Assembly: GCF_000315625.1 (NCBI RefSeq)
Contig: NW_005434667.1
Coordinates: 735,061-799,060 of the forward strand
Reading direction: 5' to 3'
Source of the DNA: Guillardia theta CCMP2712
Lineage: Eukaryota; Protista; Cryptophyta
Length of the DNA stretch: 64,000 bases
Shown here in pieces: positions 24,803 to 36,848 of this stretch (the first letter of the stretch is position 1; each line of letters opens with the position of its first letter). The position numbers were made by a program, and so were the translations under genes. The notes below the pieces were generated by a model, which saw only the letters and a program-made list of their open reading frames with translations, made no database searches and had not been told where the DNA came from.

Positions 24803-27238
24803 ATGGGGCGCGGGAGGAAGTCGGGTAAGGGAGACAGGAGGGGAGACAGGAGGGGGAGGGAAGGGCGAGAATTGAGAGGGGGGGGAAGCACGAGAGTAGT
24901 TGGAGCAGGGTTAAAGCCCGTTCGAAATTTTAATGGCCATAACTATGGAGGAAACAGCAGCGGCGAAGATGATGCTGAGGGCGAAGATGAAGGGGATATG
25001 GAAAAGGAGATGGTTGAAATCGAAGAACAAGGAGGATTTTTGGAAGACCAGGAGTTTGATGATGGTATGCATGATGCCGATGAAACAAAATCACCCGAAA
25101 GAGATGAAATTGAAGCTGCGACAAACAAGTCCATTGCGTCCGTTGAAGTAGATGAGATTGCACTTGACTTGACCGAAGAAGAAGTGAAGTCAGAAGCTAC
25201 ACTCGCGACATCAGAATCATCTGACAGACCGACGATACTGCAAGAAACTACTGACTTTATCCTCTCCATTCCAAGTTTCCTCGTTGATTCGCTTATCGCT
25301 AGTTCAGCCGGTGGAAGGGATAAACTTAGTTTCACCCATGTCCCGAGCACAGAAGTTGAGCTTGCCAGGTTGGACGAAGGCAGTACTTCTGATGAATCGA
25401 GTGGGGAAGAGACGTCGGAAGAGGGATCTGAAGGTAGCCTCTTGGAAGCCGGCGAGGATTTCTTGACAGACTCTGATGGGTCTGAAGAGATTGCGAAGTT
25501 GGAAGCAGGCGATGAACAGCAGACAAGGACGGAAACTGCAGGATCGTCCCGGCGGGACACGACAAACAAAAACTTTCTTAAGTGTTTTTCTGCCACAGTG
25601 TGTGCCATTATATTGATTGTCGCGGTCAACTCTATCCGTGGCTTGTCGATCTGGGGCGACCCGCACCCGATGAAGCACGATCTCTCCTATTATGCGGCAA
25701 AATATGACAAGAAGCCTCAGATCCCTCCGAACAGGTCCGAGATCCCCGTTCACCAAGGGCAAACATCGAACGTGTCTAGCCCTGGCAAACCTCATCCTCC
25801 TGTCATTAGCGTGGAGGACACCTGGCAAAAGGCTGTTTGTCACCGTTGTTCTCTTTCGTGTTTGTCTGGCCTACCATGCAATCCAATGTATCCAGAGATT
25901 CAAGCTACTTATGGGTTTGGATTCACTCTGGTTTGCAGCTACTGAACTATCTACAGGCAGGCGGACTGCGCGTACACCAACGCTGTCGATGTCTCTTTCA
26001 TTGTGATCGCACCTGGCAGCGTCACAAATTCCTCGATCATATTGATTCAGGTGAGACGCGAAGACCGTTTGTCTTCATTTCTGATCATGCATTCGTCAGA
26101 AACAATTGGACGTGTTGGCGTCCTTTCCCTGGAAAGCCAGCGAGGTCACAGCGGAGGCAGTCATTTTGACATGGAGAAACCAATCGGACGAGAGGCATCT
26201 ACATGAGAGGCTGAACATTCATTGCGTGCAGGACTATGAAACAAGGTTCCTACAGGTCAGTCTTGTTCGGATTTGAGCAGAAGGCTCAACAGTCGTTTTC
26301 AGGTCCCCATGTACTTGATAAATAGGTTGGTTCCAGACGGAAGAATTCACAATCTTTATTTTTTGGCTCGGAATATCGCTATGAGACGAGCGAGGTCTCT
26401 TCATTCACTTGTGACTGTGTCTGAGCAACTCATGGGAGTGCAGGGGTAGGCGCTTTATTCTTCTCACCGAGGGATCTCTTCTCAGCCTGGCTAATCTGTT
26501 CGAGATCTCCGGTACGGCTGAAGAATATCGTAAACGAGTGTACGAGGTGACAACGATGTGATCCATGCGTGCCATTGATATCCTTTGGATTAGATCAACC
26601 ATACAGCTTTCATCGTTCCTTCTCAACGATTTAATTGTGGAAAGATCATTCAAAACGATTCGATACCAGTAGGCCTATGCTCGATGTCAGCCCAGCAAAA
26701 CCAAGATATTGCACGTTTGTTCCCAGTGGTCCTTCCTCAAGGAGTGTTGGTCGTTACATGTCCCAGCATCTTTAGGTATACACAGTCAGCGATTCTGACA
26801 TCAGTGCTGATGACTGAATAGAATACGGGGATACACTGAGACGCCCCTTGACGGTGGATTGGACAAGGAGATGATTTGTAGATTAAGGTATGCTCTACAC
26901 CAAACTTCTGGTGTTACGGTGATGCCATGCCAACAGGTACATGTATGATATACGAGTTAAGAAGCTTGATGGAGCCTGTGGTTTTGTTGACTTGAACATT
27001 GGAAGGCAAAGTCAGTGAATGCTCATCGTTCTACATCAATTCTTACATGTTCTCAGACAATGCGATTGGGGAATTGCAATCATCGGAGAATTACACTTTC
27101 AGCAATGCGATGTGTGACCTTCTCATGAACGGAAATCTTCTCGCAGCTTTCCAAAGGATCTCGAAAGTCGTCACCAAGAATTGGGGCTTCCCAGATGTGG
27201 GCATGTTCGAGCGGAAATATCGCAACAGGATTCCTTGA
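24803..27238 (+). CDS. Type II membrane protein with acidic N-terminus and GT-A/GT2-like lumenal domain
   Basis: Acidic region, single TM (FSATVCAIILIVAV), Cys-rich linker. Spliced LARNIAMRRARGRRFILLT resembles the GT2 ARN..R.A.G.F.L motif, but the DxD is not conserved. Confidence 0.5.
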
Positions 27239-27440
27239 CCTCGGCTGTTCTTCTTCTACCCACGAAACTTCAACCTCTAACAATGTTCTGTATTTTAGTT
27301 GGTAATGTTAACCATGTTCGAAAGTGCATACACTTCTTAAAGAGAAGATGGGCTGTGGGCTTCTATTCCCCTAACCTGACTGACTAACCCATCAAGGACT
27401 CTCATTCCAACGAAGTTCTATTTGTCTTCACATCAGCCAA

Positions 27441-28416
27441 TTAATCGTCAGACTCGTCCGCGTCGTTGTCATCTCCCTGCAATGCAGGTCAAACCAACCA
27501 GGTTCGTCAGTTACTCCTCTTCTTGAAACTCTTACCTCCTCCTCATCATCGTCATCCTGTAGGGTATTTGGTCAAACATTTTGACAGGCACTTGCATCGA
27601 CTTCACACCTCATCTTCGTCGATAGACACCTCCTGCTCTTCCATACGCTTCCTGTGCTCCTCAAACTCCTTTTGACGAGCTTCGTTCAACTTTTTCTGGT
27701 CAACAAAAAACTCCCTGTCAATTACTACAGGAGTGAAAAACAAGCTTTGGTCGGACCATGTACTCTGTCATCTGCCCGTGAGGGAAGTTTTTGCAGGTGT
27801 TACCATCAGCATCCTGCCAATCTTCCTGTGCTCCTGCATCAATCAGCATCTTGATCGCCTGGGAGTCTTGTAAGTGTCGTGCAGAGTACACAACATGCGT
27901 CCTGACCTCCTCGTTCTTGGCCTCATGAGCCCAGAACAAAGGACCGCGGCCGTCAGCAGATCTCAACATAGCATTGCCGTCGTCTTCTTCCAGAAGTTTC
28001 TGTTCCCGATCAGGTTGCTGCTACAAGAGCAGAAGGATTACCTTGAGCTCATCGTTTTCGTTGGAGGTGATCACCCTCCACAACCTACAGACAGCAAGTC
28101 AACGCGCACATGGAGTGAAAACGGAAGATTCGGCAACAGAGGAAAGTGGGTGATGAGCATGAATCAGCAGGCATGCGACAGCGATGGCTCGAGCCAAGAG
28201 AGGATTCAATGATCAGACTGAGATATCTTCACAGGTGCGAGCAACGAGCACAACAACGACATAGACAGGAAAGATGGAGTTAGGACAGTAGTGGGGATCC
28301 TCGGGATCCTCCTACGAGATATCCTACTTGGTCGTGACCTCAGTGTCCTTCCAACTGGGGTCAAGCTCAGCCGCCACCGCACGGCATAGGAGAAGGAGAA
28401 GAATGAAGCGCGACAT
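27441..28416 (-). CDS. Signal-peptide ankyrin-repeat protein with acidic tail
   Basis: MSRFILLLLLCRAVAA|ELDPSWKDTEVTTKLWRVITSN...RSADGRGPLFWAHE...AIKMLIDAGA...DADGNT; ends DNDADESDD*. Confidence 0.7.
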
Positions 28417-28797
28417 AGGCGAGGATGGTGCTGGGCACCGAGGGTGGTAACGTAAATGGGTGGGGTGGACCAAATCCATTGTGTGAGTATACCCCCAAGT
28501 TTCGGTAAATTTCATGTGTATATTACCGGTACTTGAAAAGAGTGAGGGGTTGTCCAATAATTGCTGTGGGTGTAGGATGTGAGGAGGGTAGGGTCTCTGA
28601 TGACCTGGCGAGAAATAAAGTACCGGTACTTTGTATGTTAATGTTAGGGGTACTATCAATGACCCGAGTATGTACGGGGTCCAAATTGAGCCCCAGTTGG
28701 GGTAGTGAGGTCGTGCGGATTTTCGGACCGTTGCTTTCCGTTACTACCAAAACTTCAGGCGTTATGAAGAGCGTTAGAGCCATTTTCGTGAAGCGCA

Positions 28798-29327
28798 ATG
28801 GCAGATGAGCGGAGCATCCGACCGGCAGGAGAGGGCGTGAGGCGACTACATGCTGGACTAGACCCACGAACAGGTGGTGTATATGTAGATGAAGACTCAG
28901 ACGACCTCTTCTCACGACATGTGAGCTGTAAATTTCTATATACAGGGTTCGCGTTGATCGTTGGACACAGGAAATCGAGCTTTTCATGCTTCGTGGACAT
29001 GGACACGGAGATGTGCAGAATGAGGGAGATGATATTGAGGGGCATGATGAAGAGGATATGTCAGCTCAAAATGATGTACGAATGAGCAACGAGGAGGGGT
29101 TGACTGTCGTTAACTTCCAAGGATGCCCACCAGAAGTCCTCTCACGTATCAGAGTTGAAATCTTGCAAGAGAATGAAGGAGAAGATTGCTCTATATGCTT
29201 ATCTACGATATTTCAAGGAAATCTAATGGCCATTCTTCCGTGCTCTCACCGATTCCATGAACAGTGTGTCTTGCGATGGCTGAATCAGAGCAGAGCCTGC
29301 CCGTATTGTCGGTCAAGGATCAGTTGA
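28798..29327 (+). CDS. RING-H2 E3 ubiquitin ligase
   Basis: CSICL...LPCSHRFHEQCVLRWL...CPYCR; two exons (intron from 28921). Confidence 0.9.
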
Positions 29328-32300
29328 AGTTGTACAGTTTGTGATTGTTTCAATAATGTATGAGTAATTTACAGTCATCCTGCTTTCCTGGGCTTTATGA
29401 ACACAGCACCGTTCAACCGCTAGAAGATATGCATTTTCCTTGCAGAGAGGAATACGTACTCGATCATATATGATGACTTTCGACAATGAGTCTTTTCCTG
29501 CGGTCCATGGTGTGAGCAAACAGTTTTGAGATCGCATCTCCGGTTGTTGTCTTCTCTGCCCTGTGAGCATCATAAGGTCAAACCTCACAAGTTCCTTGAA
29601 GTACGTGAGATTGAGGAGGGATACAGGAAGCCCTCGACAGGTTTTGCCGAGACTGAGATTTCCCTTAGACGGCTTTGACGAGAAGCTTCCTTGAAGTCAA
29701 ACTGAGAACACCTTGAAGCATCGTCTCACCTGCTCATGTTCTTCGCTGCGTCTTTGAGGATCTTCTGCTGCCTGAGCCACAGTGAAAGGGGGTAGCGACA
29801 AGGTTGTGAGGGCTTGAGAAAGAAAGATGACAAGACAGATGAAATACCCGTTGACGTCCACTTTTAGTTCGTATGACGCTGGCTGAGATTCCGTGATGAT
29901 CTAATACTCTGTTAAACGACAAGGTGTGGGACGAAGAAAGTTACTGTGATATAAAACTTTGAAGCTTTGTAAGATGGATGGGTTGGTTTGACCACAATCA
30001 CTTTGTCTGCTCCGATGTAGTTTGCTTTCCAAGTGTGTTTCTGCTCGCAGGGATGCGCCTGAAAGCTGTCAGGCACGAACAGGTGACTGCAACCCTCCTG
30101 CTACCTCAACATCGCAGTACATGTTGAGAGAACCTCCCGGGGACACGGTGAAGATAAAGCATCGGGGAATGGTCAGCTTGTGTACATGAAGGGAGAGATC
30201 AAGCTCGTAGTTGATGCACGACGATTCCAGCAGATGTCCCTTGACTGAAGTCTTGTTCATGCTCAACAAAGACCGTGTACTATCAAATGTGATCTTGTTC
30301 GTGACAAAGTCTTCGGGAGACAATCTCACAAATCCTGTCGCAAATCACTTCAAATTTCCAATACAACATGAGAAAGACCAGTCCACGGCCTCCAGCTACG
30401 ATTTCCCTTCGAACGATTCAGTGCAGCTCTGTAAAGGAAGCAAAAGGTTAATGTGGTGCCGTCCACGGACAGGACAGAAAGTACTCGAAGTCGAGACTCT
30501 TGGCTGTCGCCATCATTCCCTGCAGTCGATCATGCGAGCTCACAGGTCTTGTTGAGCCATATTCTTCCTCAAGTCTCAGACTGGTGTCGCTGCCTTGAGA
30601 CGGAAGGGTTTCCGGTCGCTCATCCTTGCTTCTAACGGTTGTCGACTTGAGATGCTGGAGCTTCAGGATTGACTTGGGCGGGGAAGACCAGTCAATTGTA
30701 GCTGCTTGATACTGTCGCGTTCCTCTGGGACTCGTGATCTGAACCTTCCTCCGTGTTTGGCTATCTTCCAATGTCAGCAAGATCACCGTCTTCCCTCCAT
30801 CGAACTTTGAATCGAAAGGTTTGTCGAGCATACCCTCCACCTTGACCACTCCGCTCAGCTCGTGTTCTGCTAGTATGACTACAAGCTTGTATTCTCGTTG
30901 TCGCCTATTCACAAATTCATGGAAATCGAAACCGGCTTCCTCTTGTTCGACAATCTTGTCTGACTCATCGTCGTTTTGCTGCTCTTTCTGTTGTGTTGGG
31001 TTTAGAGATTGCAAAAAACTTTGAAATTTCATTTTTCGCTTCAAGTCAATTTTCCGAGACGAGCCCAAGAGATTCTGAGTTTCAACTTGACCTTGTTTTC
31101 TGTCGCTGCAAGACAATTTCAATCGAAGAAGTCCAGTTTCCGGTCTAGACTGAGATGTCAAATATTCGTCAAGAGAAGCCTCTTGAGCCCTCTCATTCAA
31201 TTTGGCATATTTTACATTCTGAAAGTAAGAATTTGGAATCTTCTGCTTGATTTCCATCAGAGTATAGAGAGTCCTCACGTCACTTGTTTTTGACAGATCA
31301 AACTCGTAATTTCCAAGGATCCTCAAGGTGTCTGGGCACAATCCAGGACCAAGTCGCCTCTGCAAAATCTCGACCGAAGGTTTGTTGAAGCAAGACAGAA
31401 GAATGACAGGGATCTGGCGCTCTCTATCTTTCAAGCGAGAAAACATTGCAATGAAGTGCTCAATCTTTTCTTGGTCGTCGACGACATCTTCCAAGAGTGT
31501 CACAGCATGTCGGCCTTCAAACAGCTTCGAAAACCAGTTAGTGACACCAAGCATGAACAATTCATACATACGAATGTTCCACAAGCTTCGCGGATCAAAA
31601 ACATTCTGTCGGCACTTGAATTTGCATGCAGGAAAAGCTTTCTCAGTCGTCTGAAATCCTCCTTGGATATTGTTGGAATATCTGCAATCTCAAGGTCGAT
31701 GAAATCGAATCGAAGTACTCCATTATCGGGAAGAGACAATTTGTCGTTCCAGTTGATTGCTAATCGTTGCCCATCCAAGCTTTCATTCCTCCAATTCTCC
31801 CCTCCGCTGCGGTAGCCATGCTCTATCAGAGGCTTCAAGTTGGATCTGTGTTCGTGATTAGCCAAGTCGAATACGTAAGGTCCCGTTAAGCACGAGGAAT
31901 TTAATGTCTCGCTCTGCAAATCGATTGAATTCAACCCACAGTGATCGAGCTGTGCCTTCAAACCCTTGATCTTTGCCACCTGCATGATACTCCTGACTCC
32001 GTTGCGCAATGGATTCCATCGCATGATAATGCATTCAAGTCCTGAATTAGCTTTCAAGCTGCTCGAAATCTCTTCGCAACATTCTTCTGGAAGATTACAA
32101 TTAGAGACGTCGAGAAAGCGAAGTTTCCCATTTCGCCTCAGCATTTCAGTCATGGCTATTCCGCCTCCATGACCGATGTAGTTCCAATTCAACGAAAATT
32201 CTTCGATGCACAAGTTCTCTTCTAAACTTTGAAACAGACTGACGCTTCCTTGCTGCAAAATGTGATTCCAAGATAAGTCTAGGATCTTCAAAGTAAGATT

Positions 32301-34154
32301 TCCTCTCAATGCATTAGCCAAGAAACACGCGCCATTGTTTGAGATTCGGTTGTTGGAAAGATTCAACTCCTCCAAGTAACAAGTGTGGAGGATTTGAGAC
32401 AAGTACTCCACCCCTCGATCTCCAAGATGATTCGAAGACATGTCGAGGTGCTTCAACGGATGATTGTCTAGTGCAATTCCCAACGCTCTTCCAACGCCAT
32501 GGGTCAAGCTAGTCTGAGACAGATTCAGACTCTCAATTCTTCTGTTGGCAGCCAATGCATCCAATAATCCTGGCGTATCTTCTTTGTGACTAACGCAACC
32601 TGAATCCGTGATCGGGTTGTGGGACAAGTCGATTCTTGTCAAGACGTTGGATCTCATAATTGCTGCACTCACTGCCTGTGTCTGGGTTGCAGTGACCCCT
32701 ACGCCTTGTAACGCGAGAGTCTCTTTGCCGCTTTGCAGATCATGCAATACAGGATAAATCGGGCGGATTCCCAGAGTCATGCAACATTTCAAATAAGTTG
32801 CAACTCCATCAGAATTATGTTGGTAGTACTTCTCATCATAGGTAGCAACATGTCGCAACACTCCATTCCAATCTCTGATCCCTCTGATCTTCCTGGAATC
32901 ATCAAGCAGCGGGACCTCATGCAATCGACGGCGAGAAGGACTGTTTTGACTGTCAAACGACGAGTCTGTAGATGAGTATTGAGAGTTCAAATACCCTATC
33001 AGAGCGTCTTGATCAAAAGATAAGTTAGATGGCGTCCCTTCTGCTATCGTTACGCTGAGATTTAACAGGGGGCGGAGCAATATTGGATTCATTTGGATGA
33101 TGCGATAGATGGATGCTTCTGGTATTTGCAGGATTGTTGTATCGCCAATGCATTTCAGCTGACAGTCATTTCTAGTATCATTACTAACTATCGGATTCCA
33201 GATCAAGCTTTTCTCTGTAAATACCTTACCAGGCACATTATCCAGCATGAGATGCATTTCTCCGCTAAGAACCTATCAATCATTAGAAATCCAGATCAAG
33301 ATAAGAACAATGAAACCAAGATCAGAAATCCTGTTGTGTCGGAAAAAACAGTTTCATCACCCAATGTTCTGTATCGAGACTCGCTTGCAATCATTTGAAT
33401 ATGGTCCCGATCCCATTCTGCAAAGCACTGATGGTTCACCAAAGCCTGAACTACACCAAAACATCACAACTCGTTTGCCTGTGTCGACACATGTCTACCT
33501 TCGGTGGAGTGCTCGGATGAATCATCATCGATTTCCTGATTCTTCTTTTGTTGATCAGCTTGAACTTTGAGGAGATATCTCAGCATCTCCAGGTTCTGCC
33601 GTTCTTTAGCTTCTTGAATTGCATCAATGCTCATTTTGTTTCGGATTCGTAAAGAAGCTCCGGCAACGAGCAGAGATTTTGCAATGTCCACATGACCCAG
33701 ACTGCTGGCAAGAATCAAAGCAGTATTTCCGTTCTGATCAGTGTCGTCGAGCACATGCCTCCTGGCGTTTCTATCTTGCATTCTGTCCAATGCATACTGT
33801 AGAATATCTCCCCGGCAATACTCCACACATACCATCAAAAAGCTCTTTCCTTGCTCGTTGCGGATTCTACAGATATCTTCCATGGTCCCAACCTTGAGCG
33901 TTTCGAACAGGTATTGTAAGACATCATCAGACCCCTGCTCCACCGCGGCGAGCAGACATTTCCTGTTCTCCGACTGCCTGGTACAGATTTCGCTGCTGAG
34001 CGGGCAGTTGCATGACATCAGTGTTTTTGCCTCCCGGCTTCGAGCCGCCCAGCCTATCTACCTCAAGTTAGCTGCTGCAGGTGCTGAGCTCCTCCCTGCC
34101 CTTCATTTTCCCCTGTCCGCCGTCCTCTCCCTCCTGTGCTGCTCTTGCTTCCAT
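29313..34154 (-). CDS. Large ankyrin + degenerate cNMP-binding + RNI-like LRR protein (ends uncertain)
   Basis: ANK: DQNGNTALILASSLGHVDIAKSLLVAGA. cNMP-like: CFAEWDRDHIQMIASES...DTTILQIP. LRR: LDMSSNHLGDRG, LNLSNNRISNNGA, LDLSWNHI. Long C-terminal part continues through short exons. Confidence 0.7.
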
Positions 34155-34317
34155 GCCGTACGGTCAGGCACTAGCTACCCACGGCCCGACATGCACCGCC
34201 CCGCTAAAGTCACGGTGGTAAAGTCATGGCCCAAGTTGGCCGGGCAGTTCTTTGAAACTTTGAAACGTTGAAACTTTGATTCCAAACTTTTAACGTCACA
34301 AGTTCGATCGAATCCAA

Positions 34318-36629
34318 CACGGGGGTGGAACTGCTATATTCGATCTGACAGACGGGCCAACCCCTAGTGTGGGAATTAACTGGTACAAATATTTAGTTAA
34401 ATACCCCCCCTCCTTTCCTCATCGCGCCTCCATGCAGAGCGTTCGGGGCACTATGGCGGGGGATTTAGGGGGTGCTGCATGCCATGGCAGGGTGTCACGA
34501 GAAAATTCAAATCAAATTTTTGGCGGGCAAAGCTATGTTGTCCTACACCATGGGCAGGCCGAGGCCTCCAGCGAAGAAAATATGCTCATCATGCCACAGA
34601 CGACGAGAAATGACCAGCATTCGAAAGTGGCATGGTGTGTCTATGTGCACAACTTGTGTTGCAAGGTTGAAAAAACACAAGGATTGCAATGATCTTGAGC
34701 AGATCTTGCTCTCTCAATGGGATGATGCCTTGGTTTTCAAGCTGTTGGATTTCTTGCAATGCCATGGCCATGCAACTTTATCTGTGGAGTGTGAAGACGA
34801 GAATCTTTTAGTTTCAGCGACCCATTACCTCAAGTGGAGTCTTCGTTCTGTATCCTTGTATGAAGTCCAGAACAAACTAAAGGTCCTCGGAGATGTCTAT
34901 GGGCCTACATCAGAAGGATTTTCGAGATGTTTTCTCCAGCACTACATGCAGGTTTTCGAACAACAAGCATCTGGCAAATCACATGGAGGCACAAAGGCCA
35001 TTTATGAGCACTTGAATCGACTTCGTACACGTATTGGCAACATTCACAGGAAGAATCGAAACCTTCTTTCTCGCATGGAAGAATGGTCTAGTGCTCACTT
35101 CGAGAATTTGAATTCATTGCAAACTACTATACACGATTACTTTGTGAAGTAAGTCTGAGATGTTGCTTTCTTTCCATGCCAGTGACCTGACGATCATTGT
35201 ACAGGTATGCAAGAATGTCGGATGAACATGTTGACACAAGTGAGAGTCTTCCAAACAAGCATGCCAAGGCGCAATCCGAACTGTTCATTCAGACAGTCCT
35301 TGAAACTTTTAGAACCCTTGACAGCCACACCCGATGTGACATGATTAGAAGGATTTTGAGTGAACACGACTCTCTGTGTCAAACACATGACAAGAATACA
35401 GAGCATGAGGTATCTGCGATATGTAAATTCGAAAATGCTGTTTCAAATCTGCATGCTGCTGGATTGCCGGATATACTTTCGGAGTTAGTAATCTTTGCCA
35501 GAAACGACATCCAAGCTTTCAAAAGCACACATAGAATCATGCCTTACCTCGTCATGGATTGGTGTCATCAGAGCTTCAGAGCGAAAGATTCGAGGGGCAT
35601 GAGATTCTCTCCGGAGGTTTTGAAAAAAGAGAGATACGTATTGTATCCACAATCGGTGGATATCATGCTGAAGATGTTCAGTGACAAGGCCATCAGTCTA
35701 CTAAAGGCAGAAGGACATGAAGCGACAGCAAGAATGGCAGAGGCTATGTCTGGCCTGCACAAAGCATTCGATGAAAGAGGGCTGAAAGTTTCAGAGAGGA
35801 TACGTCTCGTTCAAGAGGGTCGAAAATGGCTATTGGAAGGCATCAACTGGACCAGTGTCAGCCAAAAACATGTCAAGGGACTATCATCTGTAACATTTGA
35901 AGGCTTCATACTTGCAATTGATACTCATCTGCAAGTACAACAGTATGTGAGGGATAAGAATCATGCGCTGGGTGATAGAGACTATGACTTCAATTCACGA
36001 ACTCTCTGCACGGATAGTGTAGAGAATCTGTGGTCCTTGATCGGCCATCTGAACAAGAAGGATTTTCTGAGAAAATTCAATCAGGCATGCATAGAATTAT
36101 CTAAAAAGGTGGATCCAAACCTGCCTTTTGTATACGAGCATTCGAAGAAGCGAATTGTCCTGAGCAAACCGCACGACCGTGAAGCTTTCAATGCACGGGA
36201 TGGATCTGATAATGATGTGGAGCCACACAATAGTACGCAGAAGAACAATCGAAAGCGAGTATATGCTAAATCAGGGCAATGGGATGAAGGATTAACAGGT
36301 AATATGCAACGGTTCCGGGGATTGCGTAGCATTGCTGGCTGCAAGTAGAAAAAAGAGAGATACATATTGTGGAAAATATTAAACACTGCTACGATGCAAT
36401 TCAAATGATTGATACCATGATATAGATTTTACAATTTCCTGATAGGCTATGGTGGTTTCACGATTGTCATCATTGCACAGGCTGAGTAAATCATCCTTAA
36501 ACCTGGTCGCCGCCTTGCTGCCATTGCGATTTCCTGCAAACTCACCCACCCCCTCCTGAAAAGGTACCCCCAAAATATCATACAAAAATACCGGTACTAG
36601 ACCCTTTTATTGGGAGTTCCTCCCCCGTG
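34318..36629. mobile_element. Class II (TIR) DNA transposon, 2312 bp, P-element-like
   Basis: Left TIR CACGGGGGTGGAACT (34318-34332); right TIR AGTTCCTCCCCCGTG (36615-36629), 14/15 match; perfect flanking 9-bp direct repeat CGAATCCAA (34309-34317 and 36630-36638); contains a transposase-like gene. Confidence 0.9.
34550..36348 (+). CDS. Transposase-derived protein (580 aa after one intron), N-terminal C2C2 zinc finger, P-superfamily-like C-terminal half
   Basis: MGRPR...CSSC...CTTC; GT-AG intron 35149-35204 joins the two ORFs in frame; SRGMRFSPEV, PQSV...FS, AFDERGL, TDSVENLWS (candidate third catalytic residue E). Confidence 0.7.
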
Positions 36630-36848
36630 CGAATCCAAATGATTATTCCATGGTTCAGGCATCATCCGCGTCTCCACTCCAAGGCCCCTTGTATCATGTG
36701 CGCGCAGGAGCAACGATGGCAGGGGCGCCGCTGGAGGGAGAGCGGAGAGGGAGGGAGGAAGAAAGAGAGGAGGAATGATGATATGGAGGGAGGGAGGTAA
36801 TCCAACGGATTGATGTCGCTGCCGACCTCAAGGAGTTGCCACATCCCC

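Noticed and set aside
31500-31584. Overlap of ORFs 31500-33257 and 30448-31584 as a frameshift
   Set aside because: Explained by a normal GT-AG intron (TTC|gtatgt...cgaag|CTG).
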